Positions 1-9,638 of a DNA stretch of 64,000 nt are shown piece after piece. Under the pieces are notes generated by a model. That model saw nothing but the letters and a program-made list of their open reading frames with translations, did not search any database and was not told the origin of the DNA. The translations under genes were made by a program, and so were the position numbers. The DNA lies in assembly GCA_035286125.1 (NCBI GenBank), contig JAYKIS010000086.1, forward strand, positions 7,096-71,095, read 5' to 3'. The first letter of the stretch is position 1. The number at the start of each line of letters is the position of its first letter. This stretch comes from Candidatus Sericytochromatia bacterium. GTDB taxonomy: Bacteria > Cyanobacteriota > Sericytochromatia > S15B-MN24 > VGJW01.

Positions 1-897
1 GGCTTCCGCGGAGGCAAGGGCCTCGGCGTGGCACTGCTGGTCGCGGGCCGAGGTCCACAGGCCCAGGCCCTCGAGGTGACGGCGCAACCGGACGAGGCCG
101 TCCGGTGCGGGTTCGGTCCCTGCCGCCGTCGTCACCGGCATGGGGTAGACGGCATCCACCAGGCTGGGGCCGCGGCCTTCCCGTGCACGATCCATGGCCA
201 TCGCGAGCGCCTCGCGCAGCGCCAGGGCGTCCGAGGCGTCGACGGTATGGGTCGGGAATGCGTAGCCCGACCCGAGGTCACCCAGGGGCAGGCCCGTGCG
301 GTTGTGACAGACGAAGACGACGCCGCAGCGCTGCACGCTGGCGATGTTGAAGGCGGCATGCAGTTCGCCCGAGGCCAGCGCACCGTCTGCGAAGGCGGCT
401 ACGGCGATGCCGGGAAGGCCTTGCAGGCGGGCTGCCCAGGCCGCGCCAGTCGCATGGACGAGATGGGTCGCGCCGGTCGCGCCCGTCGGGGCGATCCGGC
501 GGGCCTTGTCGCTGAAGAAGATGGGCAGCGCACGGCCCTTGCTGCACGAGGCCGCATTCGCGTATGCGGCGTGGGCGATGTCCTCTGCAGGAACGCCACG
601 CTGCAGCAAGGCCGCCAGGTCACGGCTGCCCGGGAAAAGCCAGTCCTGATCCGCGAGGCCGAGGGCCAAGGCAGCGGAAACAGTCTCGGAACCTTCCTGG
701 GGCAGGTGGAAGGCGATGCGTCCCTGGCGGTGCGCCTGCCGCAAGCGACCGTCGAGCACCCGCGTCCGGATCATGACACCCAGCATGTCCAGCAGGTCAT
801 CCTTGGGCAGTGCCGCCACGGACGGTGCCTCGTCGCCGGGGCCGAGCACGCGGCGAACCTCCGGCAGGCCCTGGGGCGTGTGGATTTCGGGTGTCAT
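1..897 (-). CDS. 2-oxoacid (pyruvate/acetoin/branched-chain) dehydrogenase E1 alpha subunit, TPP-dependent; partial, C-terminus off the window
   Basis: Not in ORF track because it runs off the left edge. Manual minus-strand translation from ATG 897..895 gives [20 protein letters not shown]... and later GLPGIAVAAFADGALASGELHAAFNIASVQRCGVVFVCHN, the GDG-(x)n-N TPP-binding motif of E1 alpha. Start overlaps lipA stop (ATGA). Lipoyl synthase neighbour fits. Confidence 0.75.
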   Translation of the reverse strand, partial: MTPEIHTPQGLPEVRRVLGPGDEAPSVAALPKDDLLDMLGVMIRTRVLDGRLRQAHRQGRIAFHLPQEGSETVSAALALGLADQDWLFPGSRDLAALLQRGVPAEDIAHAAYANAASCSKGRALPIFFSDKARRIAPTGATGATHLVHATGAAWAARLQGLPGIAVAAFADGALASGELHAAFNIASVQRCGVVFVCHNRTGLPLGDLGSGYAFPTHTVDASDALALREALAMAMDRAREGRGPSLVDAVYPMPVTTAAGTEPAPDGLVRLRRHLEGLGLWTSARDQQCHAEALASAEA

Positions 898-1826
898 CAG
901 GCGCCCTGCTCCAGCATCGGTAGGGGGGTGAACACGGGGGCCATGCCGGCGGCACCCTCGGCGATGGCGCCCTTCAGGAAGAGTTCGCCTGCGCGATAGG
1001 AACTGCGCACGAGGGGGCCCGACGCCACGTACATGAAGCCCATGCCCTCGGCCATTTCCTGGTAGTCCCGGAAGGCGGCGGGCGAGATGAACTCCTGCAC
1101 GGCCAGATGCTTGGGGCTGGGCTGGAGGTATTGGCCGAAGGTGACGATATCGCAGCCATGCCGACGCATGTCGGCGAGCGCTTCGGCCACCTCGGCGCGG
1201 GTTTCGCCGAGGCCGAGCATCAGGGAGGTCTTGGTGAAGCGGGCGCCAAGGGCCTTGAGGCGCGCCAGGACGACGAGGCTCTGGTCGTAGGTGGCACGCC
1301 GATCGCGGACGCCCGGTGTCAGGCGCCGGACGGTCTCGACGTTGTGCGCGACCACGTCGGGTCCCGATGCCACGATGGTGGCGAGATCGGCCTCGACGGC
1401 ACGGAAGTCGGGGATCAGGACCTCGACCAGGATCTCGGGAGCCTGTTCCTTGAGGGCACGCACGGTCGCGGCGAAGTGGCCGGCACCGCCATCGGGCAGA
1501 TCGTCCCGGTCGACGCTGGTCAGCACGATGTAATCCAGTCCGGTCTCGGCGATCAGGCCAGCGACCTTGGTCGGTTCATCCGGGTCAAGGGCGCCGGGGC
1601 GTCCTGTCTTGACGTGGCAGAACCGACAACCCCTCGTGCAGGTGTCGCCCATGAGCATGAAGGTCGCGGTGCCACCGCCCCAGCACTCGCCGATGTTCGG
1701 GCAGCGGGCTTCTTCGCATACGGTGGCGAGGCCCAGTTCGCGGGCCTTGCGCTTGAGATGAAGGTAGCGTTCCCCTCCCGGGGCCCGCACCTTGAGCCAC
1801 TCGGGCTTGGGTTGACGCTGATTCAT
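897..1826 (-). CDS. lipA: lipoyl synthase
   Basis: ORF 897..2096 trimmed to internal ATG at 1826 ([18 protein letters not shown]...). Has the [12 protein letters not shown] auxiliary cluster motif and radical-SAM CTRGCRFC. The upstream part of the ORF is R/P-rich junk overlapping the HD gene. Confidence 0.95.
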   Translation of the reverse strand: MNQRQPKPEWLKVRAPGGERYLHLKRKARELGLATVCEEARCPNIGECWGGGTATFMLMGDTCTRGCRFCHVKTGRPGALDPDEPTKVAGLIAETGLDYIVLTSVDRDDLPDGGAGHFAATVRALKEQAPEILVEVLIPDFRAVEADLATIVASGPDVVAHNVETVRRLTPGVRDRRATYDQSLVVLARLKALGARFTKTSLMLGLGETRAEVAEALADMRRHGCDIVTFGQYLQPSPKHLAVQEFISPAAFRDYQEMAEGMGFMYVASGPLVRSSYRAGELFLKGAIAEGAAGMAPVFTPLPMLEQGA

Positions 1827-3073
1827 GGGGCGACGCTGTCGTTTCGGGCGGGAGCCATAGCGTACCACGGATGGCGGGCCGGCCGCCTGATCTCCAGCAT
1901 CGCCGGGCTCTCCGCGTACTGCAGGCGCAGGCCGCGGGGGTCCTCGGAGAGCGGCTGGACACCGTGCTTCGTCCGGAGCAGGATCTGGGCCTCGGGGTCG
2001 GCGACGTAGAGGCGGCCGCGGGCATAGGGCGCCCGGAAGACATCTCCCTGCCATCGTGCCGGCTCCAGGGGGACCTCGTGCAGGTCGCCATCCCACCGCT
2101 GGTCGCTGAGCAGGTCGGCAGCCAGTTCACGGATGATGGGATCGGGAATGTCTGCTTGCGCCAGCAGCTTGAGGGCTTCCCACATGGCGTAGTCGTCCCG
2201 TGCCACGAACGCCTCCAGGTCCTCCCCCATCGGTGCCACGAGCCAGCCCAGGCCCACGGCGTCGAGCGCGGTGCGGGGCAAATCCCCGAGCCGCAGCATC
2301 AGGCCGTGGAGCATGGCGTCGTAGATGCGCGCCGTCCGGTGCTCGTAGACGTTCTTGTACATGTGCCGGCGGCTCATCAGCTCCTGACCCAGCGCGTCGA
2401 CGGCCTTGTCCTCGAAGGCGATACGGCTGCGACCGCGCCACTCGGCCCGGGTCAGGTGACGCATCAGCCAGTCGAGATCGAAGCCTGCATAGCGGACCCC
2501 TGTCATGTAGGCGTCGCGAAGCAGGTAGTCGAGGCGATCCACGTCTGCCTGGCTCGAGACGAGGTCATGCATCCAGGCGTCCTCGGGGGCCAGCGCACCA
2601 CCATCCCGGATGGCCACGATCCGCCGGGCCAGAGCGGCCCCGTCCGGGGCGTGACGTCCCCAGACTGCCTGAAGATCCGGATGTTCCAGGATCAGGCGAT
2701 CCGTCACCGTCTCGTGGTGGAAGCCCCAGATGCGTTCCGCCGTATGCGAGAAGATGCCGTGCCCCAGGTCATGCAGCATGGCCGCGAGGCCGAGGGCCAT
2801 GCGGTCGAACGGCGTAAGGTCAGGGATCAGGTGCCTGCCGTCCAGTTCCGCCATGGCCCTGCGGACCAGCTGGTAGGCCCCCAGGCTGTGGGCAAACCGC
2901 GAGTGCTCGGCGCCCGGGAAGATCAGCTTGGACAGGCCGAGCTGGTGCAGGCGCCGCAGACGCTGGAAGGGTCGGGTCTGCAGCACGTCGAGCGCGACGG
3001 CCCCGAGGGCATCCGCGGGGAAGTCGATGGTGGCGTGAATGACGTCACGCAGGACGAAGGGTGGCCTGAGCAT
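1823..3073 (-). CDS. HD-domain dNTP triphosphohydrolase-like protein (SAMHD1/EF1143 type)
   Basis: Motifs [23 protein letters not shown] and [11 protein letters not shown] match the SAMHD1-type HD phosphohydrolase signature. ATG at 3073. Stop overlaps lipA start (ATGA at 1823-1826). Confidence 0.8.
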   Translation of the reverse strand: MLRPPFVLRDVIHATIDFPADALGAVALDVLQTRPFQRLRRLHQLGLSKLIFPGAEHSRFAHSLGAYQLVRRAMAELDGRHLIPDLTPFDRMALGLAAMLHDLGHGIFSHTAERIWGFHHETVTDRLILEHPDLQAVWGRHAPDGAALARRIVAIRDGGALAPEDAWMHDLVSSQADVDRLDYLLRDAYMTGVRYAGFDLDWLMRHLTRAEWRGRSRIAFEDKAVDALGQELMSRRHMYKNVYEHRTARIYDAMLHGLMLRLGDLPRTALDAVGLGWLVAPMGEDLEAFVARDDYAMWEALKLLAQADIPDPIIRELAADLLSDQRWDGDLHEVPLEPARWQGDVFRAPYARGRLYVADPEAQILLRTKHGVQPLSEDPRGLRLQYAESPAMLEIRRPARHPWYAMAPARNDSVAP

Positions 3074-3079
3074 CAGCCC

Positions 3080-5650
3080 CTAAGCATAGCGGAAGCGCAG
3101 GATCAGCGGACCCTCGGGCAACGTGCCCGCAAGGATGACCTCGTGTCGTCCACCCGTCTTCCTGATTCGGCAGGCCAAGGGGCCCGGGCCGTTCTCGGCC
3201 TCGACCCGGACCAGATCCGCGGTTCCCTCCGGCAAGAGCAGGATCACGCGTCGTTCCCCGCGCTCGTTGCCCGCCGGGCGCAGGGCCAGCTCCAGCGACC
3301 GGCCGTCCGGCTGGTGTCGGCCTGCCAGCACCTCGATACCTTCCGAGGCCAGCAGCCAGGCGTCCTTGCCGCGCATCTCGCGCAGCCCCGGCACCACGTC
3401 CGGATGATGCGACCATGTGGCCTCGGCCGGACGCTGCCGCGTGAGGGGCCAGCCCTGACCCTCGCGGGTCTCGGCGCGACCGGGGGGCGCGGCCGGGGGG
3501 AGCCGATCGACGATGCCCAAGCCTCGTCGCCAGCGGGTCCGGGCGCCGGGGTCGGCGGCCATGGGGCCGAGTCGGGCGGCCAGGGCCTTCCAGCGAGGTT
3601 CTTCCCGGCCAGATGCGAGTCGCCACGAGCCGGTCGTGGCCAGCCACGCCGCGACGGCATGGCCGCCATCGGGCTGATCACGGCCCTCTACGCCCGTCGG
3701 GATCAGCAGGCTGGCCGGATCCTGATGACGACCGAGGCTGTCCGTCACCTGGGCGAGCATGGCGGAAGCACCCAGGGCCCGCATGCCTGCAGCATCCGTC
3801 ATGCGCGCCGTACGATCCAGCACGGGTCCGGTCTCGAGCAGGGCGTCCACGGGGTTCCTGTCGCTATCCAGCCAAGCCTGAAGCCAGAGCAGGCCGCCGG
3901 TACCCTCGAGCGTGGGCGTCCGTTCCCATGCGCGTTCGCGCCACACCCGGGCCAGTGCTTCCCGGGGCGCGGTCCTTGGCGTCATGGGCAGCGCGGTATC
4001 CAGCCAAGGCAGGGCCAAGGCATCCCTGGCGGCCTGGTCGAGGTAGCCGACGGCACCCGCGGGCCAGGGACCGAGGTTGTCGGAGACGGGGATGCGGCGC
4101 ACCGGCTGGCGCCGGGGAGCAGGCACGGAGTAGGTGATGCGGTTTCCCGCCCGGCCCAGCAGGGGCCCGTCCGGCGTCGTCACCTCGAGGTCCGGGGCAT
4201 CGGTCCGCACCCAGGCCGTGTTCCCGTTCCCGAGCGCGCGCAGGCCGAGGGCCGGGGGCAGGACGGCGACCGGCACGGACCCGAAGGGAAGGTGGCGCCA
4301 GCGATCCTCGAGGATCATGCGACCGTCGCCGGTGTAGCCCGAGGCAACGGTCGTGGAACCCCACGGCAGGGCAGCCGAAGCCCAGAATCGGGCGCGGGCG
4401 AGACGCTCCGCATCGGGAACCGGGCCGGACCGGGCCCCCGTGGCCGGCCACGCTCCCTCGGGCCAAAGGACGCGCAGGTGCTGTCCGGGTTCCAGCGCAA
4501 TCGACATCGTGCCGTCCCGGGTCGTGATGCCACCCTCGAGGACACGCCTGTCGTCGCTGGCCAGCAGCAGCGGGACGCTCGTGGCCCGGCTCTCCAGCAA
4601 TAGCCACGGCGAGGCTCCCGGCGTAGTGACGGGCCGGCCGTCCGGCAAGGGCAGGCGGATGCAGCCCCAGGAATCGCATCGCGTGAAATGGCCGACTTCC
4701 GCTACGTCGAGGACAATCGACGCGTCGAGGGCCTCGACGACCCAGCCTGGAGCCAAGAGCGGCTGGTAGACCCGCCAGAGCCCCACCCCGTCGGACGTCC
4801 GACGCTCCAGGACGCGCCCTGTCTTGCCGCGGGCCGTCACGAAGACCGTTTCGGCCGCCGACTTGCCCGGAGCCCGGATCCTGCCCGACCATCCGGCCTG
4901 CCCGACCTCCCCAAGGGGTTTCCAAGTATCGGCGTCCATCTCGCATGTCAGTAGTGAACGCTTCAGTCGTCGGCCGATCCTGCCCGATCCGGGTTCGAGC
5001 GCGGGCAGACCCGGCGGGCTGCTCGCGGGGTCCTCGATCCAGGCCGGCGCCCGCCCGGGTGCGACGGGTTCTTCCGGACGGAGGGCCGCGAAAGCGCCCC
5101 GGAAGCCGACAAAGCCGATGCCCGGGAATCCGGGCCAGGTCTCGAGGCGCAACGCGAGGACATTGTCCCTGGCACGAAGCAGGCTGCCCGGGACGGGGAT
5201 CTCGAGTACCCGATCCCACGGCCGGTCGACGGCCCCGTGTGCCTGCAACATCAGGCGGCCGTTGACGTGGATGTCGACATCCGCCGCGACGCCCTTCAGG
5301 GCGAGGATCGTGTCCTGGCCCAGGCCGGCGGGTTCCACCATGAAGGCGAGGCGCATCCAGCCGACGGGCCCGGGGGCTCGCCAGCCCCGGAGGTCATTGA
5401 TGGGCTGTCCGATGCGGGCGGCTGGTGGCAGGGGCAGGCCCGCGGGTGCAGACGGAACGGGAAGGGCGAGGCCCGGGTCGTCGACGGGATGCCAACGCCA
5501 CGACCGGAATTCGATGGCCTCAGCACCGCCCCGCCATACGTAGGGAGCCGGGACGACGACCTCGATGCCGAGATCCTGCGCGTAGCCGGGTACTCCGGAC
5601 AGCCCGGCAGCCAAGGCGGCAAGGGCGAGGGGGATTCCTCGGATCTTCAC
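3080..5650 (-). CDS. secreted protein of unknown function with N-terminal galactose-binding-like (GH2 sugar-binding type) domain
   Basis: ORF 3080..6001 trimmed to GTG 5650 (VKIRGIPLALAALAAGLSGVPGYAQDLG, a signal peptide). The segment ILALKGVAADVDIHVNGRLMLQAHGAVDRPWDRVLEIPVPGSLLRARDNVLALRLE resembles jelly-roll sugar-binding domains. GTGA overlap with the upstream gene. Confidence 0.65.
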   Translation of the reverse strand: MKIRGIPLALAALAAGLSGVPGYAQDLGIEVVVPAPYVWRGGAEAIEFRSWRWHPVDDPGLALPVPSAPAGLPLPPAARIGQPINDLRGWRAPGPVGWMRLAFMVEPAGLGQDTILALKGVAADVDIHVNGRLMLQAHGAVDRPWDRVLEIPVPGSLLRARDNVLALRLETWPGFPGIGFVGFRGAFAALRPEEPVAPGRAPAWIEDPASSPPGLPALEPGSGRIGRRLKRSLLTCEMDADTWKPLGEVGQAGWSGRIRAPGKSAAETVFVTARGKTGRVLERRTSDGVGLWRVYQPLLAPGWVVEALDASIVLDVAEVGHFTRCDSWGCIRLPLPDGRPVTTPGASPWLLLESRATSVPLLLASDDRRVLEGGITTRDGTMSIALEPGQHLRVLWPEGAWPATGARSGPVPDAERLARARFWASAALPWGSTTVASGYTGDGRMILEDRWRHLPFGSVPVAVLPPALGLRALGNGNTAWVRTDAPDLEVTTPDGPLLGRAGNRITYSVPAPRRQPVRRIPVSDNLGPWPAGAVGYLDQAARDALALPWLDTALPMTPRTAPREALARVWRERAWERTPTLEGTGGLLWLQAWLDSDRNPVDALLETGPVLDRTARMTDAAGMRALGASAMLAQVTDSLGRHQDPASLLIPTGVEGRDQPDGGHAVAAWLATTGSWRLASGREEPRWKALAARLGPMAADPGARTRWRRGLGIVDRLPPAAPPGRAETREGQGWPLTRQRPAEATWSHHPDVVPGLREMRGKDAWLLASEGIEVLAGRHQPDGRSLELALRPAGNERGERRVILLLPEGTADLVRVEAENGPGPLACRIRKTGGRHEVILAGTLPEGPLILRFRYA

Positions 5651-7413
5651 GCGTCCGTGCGGCTCCGGGCGTGCTCGAGGTCCATCGCACCGACGAGGAA
5701 GGGGTGAGGCGCGGCCTCGTGGAGCTCGCGCGCCGTGACGGCCGCGAGCCAGCCGCCCTCCAGCATGTGGCCGACAAACCAGCTGGTATGGTTGCGGTTC
5801 GAGAATCCTCCGGCCAGACGCAGGCTGAGGCGCACGTCCCGCGCGGCCACGAGGGGCAGGATCTGCCTGAGGGCCTGGTCGTGCGCAAGGACGGGATCGT
5901 CTTCGCCGGTCCACGCGGCCTGCAGCAGGATGGCCCATATCGGGTCGGGGCCATCGTCCTCGAGGAGATCGAGGGTGCGGGCTGCCCGGCCCGTCGGCCA
6001 AGCCTGGCGCAGAAGAGACCGGATCCGGGGCCTGAGCCCGGTTTCGGCAATTGCATCAGGATGGGTGGCCAGCAGGTTGGCCGCAGCGAGCCTGTCGTCG
6101 TGGTCTGCCGTGGCCAGGACCTGCGCCAGCGACCATGGCGCAAGGCGCAGGGCCTCGGCGGCCAGACGGGGGCGCAGGCCTTCGCGCGCCTCCCGGACCA
6201 CGCGCCATGCCGCGGTGGGTGTCCGTGGCCATCCCGGGTCGTGGGCATCCGGCAGGCATCCCGTGGCACCGGACAGGTTGGCAAGGACCCTGGGCACGAC
6301 ACCGGGGGCTTCCCGGCGACACCAGCCGAGCAGATCGACAAGCCCTGCCGGGTGACGCTCCCCGGGCAGCCGGGCCAAGGCTTCCGACAGGTTGAGGGCT
6401 GTTTCCTCGGCCTGGTCGGCGTCCAGGACCTGGCTGTGGTCGAGGAACCACGAGAGCGTGGCCTCCAGTTCGTCCGCAAGCGTGGGCACCTCGGCCACGA
6501 AGTGGGCGAGCAACTGGGCCATGAGGCCGGCGTACCGGCGTGGCAGTCCCTCTCGGTGCCAGGCCGCCGGCAGCGCGGCAGCACGCCACAGGGGGCCGAG
6601 CGCAGCGCGAACGGACGAGGACGTGCGCTCCAGCAGCGCGGCTGTGGTCGTGAGCATCTCCAGCCGCAGCGGGCGTGGCAGCGCCTCCATGCTTGTCCAC
6701 GGGAGGCAGGTCCGGGCCAGGTCCGTGATGTCATGTCCGCGTTGGTGCAGCAGGGTCAGGGCGACCATCTGCCGCAGCAGGGCGCGCTTGAGTTGCTCGC
6801 GCGTGAAGGGGCTGCCCCCCTGCGCGTTGCGGTCGACCCAGCCGCAGGCGTCATCGCCGGCGCGACGCAGCAGGACATGCAGGGCCTCATCGATGTCGGG
6901 GGCGTCGGGCAGGCGGTCGGCCATGTCCGTCAACAGAAGGTGACTTGCGCCATGGGCCAGGATGGCCTGAAGGCCTTGCTCGCGGCCATAGAGGCCGAAG
7001 ACCAGGTCGTTGAGGGTGCGGATGAAGCCCCCGGGGGGTTCGTGGGCTGCCGTCAGGGCACCCAGGGCATCGACCTCGGGTTCGAGGGCCTGCAGCAGGG
7101 CCCATTGGCCATCGGCTCCGAGGAGGGGCAGCGCCTCGCCGACGTAGCGCAGGTGAAGGCCGGACAGGCCCTCCTCGACCAGGGGGCGGTAGTGGGCGAT
7201 GGCCTCCGACCAGAGGGCGGCGGCCGATTCCTGCGGTGCAGCCTGCCGTGCGGCTGCGGCAGCAAGGACCAGATCCAGATAGAGGTCTTCCGGGTCTTCC
7301 TGTTCGCGGGCCAGGCGAGCCGCGGCCTCGATGTCGCCCGAGAGCGCCAGCCGTACGATCCGGCGACTGCGTTCGGCCGGAGCGGCCGGAAACGAGGGCG
7401 GCTCGAAGGGCAT
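5647..7413 (-). CDS. hypothetical protein, Leu/Ala-rich, predicted all-helical, cytoplasmic
   Basis: 588-aa ORF starting at ATG 7413, with no recognisable motifs. Protein-like composition, in contrast to the overlapping shadow ORFs. Stop overlaps the start of the downstream secreted protein. Confidence 0.6.
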   Translation of the reverse strand: MPFEPPSFPAAPAERSRRIVRLALSGDIEAAARLAREQEDPEDLYLDLVLAAAAARQAAPQESAAALWSEAIAHYRPLVEEGLSGLHLRYVGEALPLLGADGQWALLQALEPEVDALGALTAAHEPPGGFIRTLNDLVFGLYGREQGLQAILAHGASHLLLTDMADRLPDAPDIDEALHVLLRRAGDDACGWVDRNAQGGSPFTREQLKRALLRQMVALTLLHQRGHDITDLARTCLPWTSMEALPRPLRLEMLTTTAALLERTSSSVRAALGPLWRAAALPAAWHREGLPRRYAGLMAQLLAHFVAEVPTLADELEATLSWFLDHSQVLDADQAEETALNLSEALARLPGERHPAGLVDLLGWCRREAPGVVPRVLANLSGATGCLPDAHDPGWPRTPTAAWRVVREAREGLRPRLAAEALRLAPWSLAQVLATADHDDRLAAANLLATHPDAIAETGLRPRIRSLLRQAWPTGRAARTLDLLEDDGPDPIWAILLQAAWTGEDDPVLAHDQALRQILPLVAARDVRLSLRLAGGFSNRNHTSWFVGHMLEGGWLAAVTARELHEAAPHPFLVGAMDLEHARSRTDA

Positions 7414-7457
7414 GGCCCGATTCTACGCCACGCCTGTCCGCTGCGCGTGGTTGCGCA

Positions 7458-8360
7458 TCACGGTCGGGCGTGGGTCCGGTGGTAGACCTCGCGCAGGCGA
7501 TCCTGCGTGACGTGGGTGTAGATCTGCGTCGTGGACAGGGTCTGATGCCCCAGCAGTTCCTGGACGCTGCGCAGGTCGACACCGCGTTCGAGCAGGTGCG
7601 TCGCGAAGCCGTGGCGCAGCATGTGGGGCGTCACGTGCTGCATCAGGCCGGCCCGGCGTGCGTGGGCCGCGATCAGGCGCTGGACGGACCTTACGGTCAG
7701 GGCGCCGCCGGACGGGCCCAGGAACAGGGCGTCCGTATGCGCCGAAGCGCGGCTGGCCAGCGCCGGGCGGCCGAACTCGAGGTACCTTTCCAGTGCCTGC
7801 CAGGCGCCGGGATCGACAAGCACGCGGCGCTCCTTCCGGCCCTTGCCGAAGACCGGCAGCTCGACGAGGCCGTCTGCATCGGGCGCAAGGCCGCGGATGA
7901 TGGTGACGGTCAGCGCGATGAGTTCACTGATGCGTACTCCGGAAGCGTCCAGCATGGCCATGAGCGCCCGGTCCCGCAGGCCTTGCGGAGTGGCGGGGTC
8001 TGGAGCGGCCAGCAGGGCGGCGGTTTGTGGCGCGTCGAGGAACCGGGGCAAGCGCTGCGGACGCTTCGGTGGTCTCAGGCCTTGCGTGGGATCGGTCTCG
8101 AGGACGCGCAGGCGAACCAGATAGCGATAGTAGGCCCGCACGGCGGCTATCTTGCGTTCGCGGCTCCGGGGCGCGAGGCCGTCGCGGCCCAGCTGCAGGG
8201 TCCATGCACGCAGTCTTTTCAGGTCCGCGCGCAAGGGATCGTCGCCGAGCCACGCCATGAACTGGGCAAGGTCCCGGCCATACGCTGCCACCGTATGGGG
8301 AGAGAGGTTGCGCTCGACCTCGAGGTGCAACAGGAACGCGTCGCGGTCCTCGATGCGCAT
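7458..8360 (-). CDS. xerC: tyrosine recombinase XerC/XerD family
   Basis: Trimmed to ATG 8360 (MRIEDRDAFLLHLEVERNLSPHTVAAYGRDL). C-terminal HMLRHGFATHLLERGVDLRSVQELLGHQTLSTTQIYTHV carries the R-H-R-Y catalytic signature. Position after trmFO/tdk mirrors Firmicutes codV/xerC synteny. Confidence 0.9.
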   Translation of the reverse strand: MRIEDRDAFLLHLEVERNLSPHTVAAYGRDLAQFMAWLGDDPLRADLKRLRAWTLQLGRDGLAPRSRERKIAAVRAYYRYLVRLRVLETDPTQGLRPPKRPQRLPRFLDAPQTAALLAAPDPATPQGLRDRALMAMLDASGVRISELIALTVTIIRGLAPDADGLVELPVFGKGRKERRVLVDPGAWQALERYLEFGRPALASRASAHTDALFLGPSGGALTVRSVQRLIAAHARRAGLMQHVTPHMLRHGFATHLLERGVDLRSVQELLGHQTLSTTQIYTHVTQDRLREVYHRTHARP

Positions 8361-8367
8361 GGGTGCC

Positions 8368-9006
8368 TCAGGAGGCCACGGGCGTGCGGGTCTCGAGCGG
8401 CGTGAGCGGCAGCTGCTCCGGCCTCGGGATGACGTGGTGCTGGCGGCAGCGCGGCTCGTACGATTCGCTCGCCCCCACGAGAACGATGGGATCATCCCAG
8501 GAGGCGGGGCGACCGTCGATCAGGCGCTGGCTGCGGGTCGCGGGGCCACCGCAAAGCACGCAGATGGCCGTCAGCTTCTCGACCTTCTCGGCAATGGCGA
8601 GCAGCTGAGGCATCAGGGTGAAGGGCTGTCCCCTGAAGTCCATGTCGAGGCCGGCGCAGATGACCCGGCGTCCCGAATCGGCAAGGTGCTGGACGACCTC
8701 GACCATGCCGATGTCGAAGAACTGCACCTCGTCCAGGGCCACGATCTGGGTGTCCGGCTCGATGAGGGGCAGGATTTCGGCGGAGCCCTCGGCCCGGATG
8801 GCGCGCATCCGCAGCCCCCCGTGCGAGGAGATGTCCTCGGGGAAGTAGCGGTTGTCGATCATGGGCTTGAAAGCCTGGACCTTCTGTCGTGCAATCTCGG
8901 CACGGCGCACGCGGCGGATGAGTTCCTCGGTCTTGCCGCAGTACATCGAGCCGCAGATGACCTCGATCCAGCCCTGGCTGAACGCAGGTGCGTAGAAGCC
9001 GGCCAT
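8368..9006 (-). CDS. tdk: thymidine kinase
   Basis: Trimmed to ATG 9006 ([32 protein letters not shown], a P-loop). Has VALDEVQFF and the zinc-site cysteines CVLCG ... PRCRQHH. Confidence 0.9.
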   Translation of the reverse strand: MAGFYAPAFSQGWIEVICGSMYCGKTEELIRRVRRAEIARQKVQAFKPMIDNRYFPEDISSHGGLRMRAIRAEGSAEILPLIEPDTQIVALDEVQFFDIGMVEVVQHLADSGRRVICAGLDMDFRGQPFTLMPQLLAIAEKVEKLTAICVLCGGPATRSQRLIDGRPASWDDPIVLVGASESYEPRCRQHHVIPRPEQLPLTPLETRTPVAS

Positions 9007-9112
9007 GGACCCTCCCTCTGGATACGATGTGACGTGTTCATGATAGACGACAGCCTCCAGATGGGGTACAGGAGTAGCTGTCGCCGAGACAAGCCGGAGT
9101 AGCGGAAGCAAC

Positions 9113-9631
9113 GTGCCCGATCGTCCTGTGTCTGCTGCGGCGGGGTCTCCCGCCGCGACGATGATGGATCTGTTCGATCGTCCGGACGAGGACAAGTTCT
9201 TCAAGGCAGTGCAGGCCGTGGCCGAGGACGGGGCCTGGCCCGACCTGGGCCCGTTTCTTGAAGCAGCCCGTCACGAGGAGCATGCCAGGCGCCGGCGCGG
9301 ACTCTACGTCCTTGCCTACCATGGGTCCGAGCCCGCCACGCTGGCCATCCTGCGCGACGCGCTCACTGACCCCGAGACCGTCGTCCGCACGGCCGTCCTG
9401 ACGGCTATCGGCCGGCACGGCCTGAGCCAGCTCGTGCCCGACATCTGCCGCATCTTCCTGGAGGAGGGCGAGGATCCCCAGCTGGCCAAGGCTGCCTCCG
9501 AGACCCTGGGCAAGCTCGCCGATGCGCGGGCCATCGAGCCACTTCGCCAGGCCAAGACACGCTTCCCGACCTTCGTCGTGCGTTCGGCCTGCGACATGGC
9601 CCTGCGCAAGCTCGGGGCCTCCGCGCGGTGA
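9113..9631 (+). CDS. HEAT-repeat (PBS-lyase HEAT-like) protein
   Basis: Repeats of the type [24 protein letters not shown] and [18 protein letters not shown]. The start is uncertain: GTG 9113 or ATG 9161. Confidence 0.55.
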   Translation: MPDRPVSAAAGSPAATMMDLFDRPDEDKFFKAVQAVAEDGAWPDLGPFLEAARHEEHARRRRGLYVLAYHGSEPATLAILRDALTDPETVVRTAVLTAIGRHGLSQLVPDICRIFLEEGEDPQLAKAASETLGKLADARAIEPLRQAKTRFPTFVVRSACDMALRKLGASAR

Positions 9632-9638
9632 CCCCGGC

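Noticed and set aside
28-999. 323-aa plus-strand ORF (and many similar long ORFs: 1871-4603+, 5425-7485+, 13613-16354 N-terminal part, 35146-37254-, 39556-41736+, 47100-48839-, 50608-52425+, 59886-61184-)
   Set aside because: These are shadow ORFs typical of high-GC DNA. Their composition is Arg/Gly/Pro/Ala-dominated and they carry no motifs. Each is fully overlapped on the other strand or frame by a gene with clear family signatures.
7458-8360. Tyrosine recombinase as marker of a mobile element or integron
   Set aside because: Its size, motifs and position downstream of the dprA-topA-trmFO block, next to tdk, fit the housekeeping XerC/CodV chromosome-dimer resolvase. There is no attI/attC-like structure or cargo nearby.
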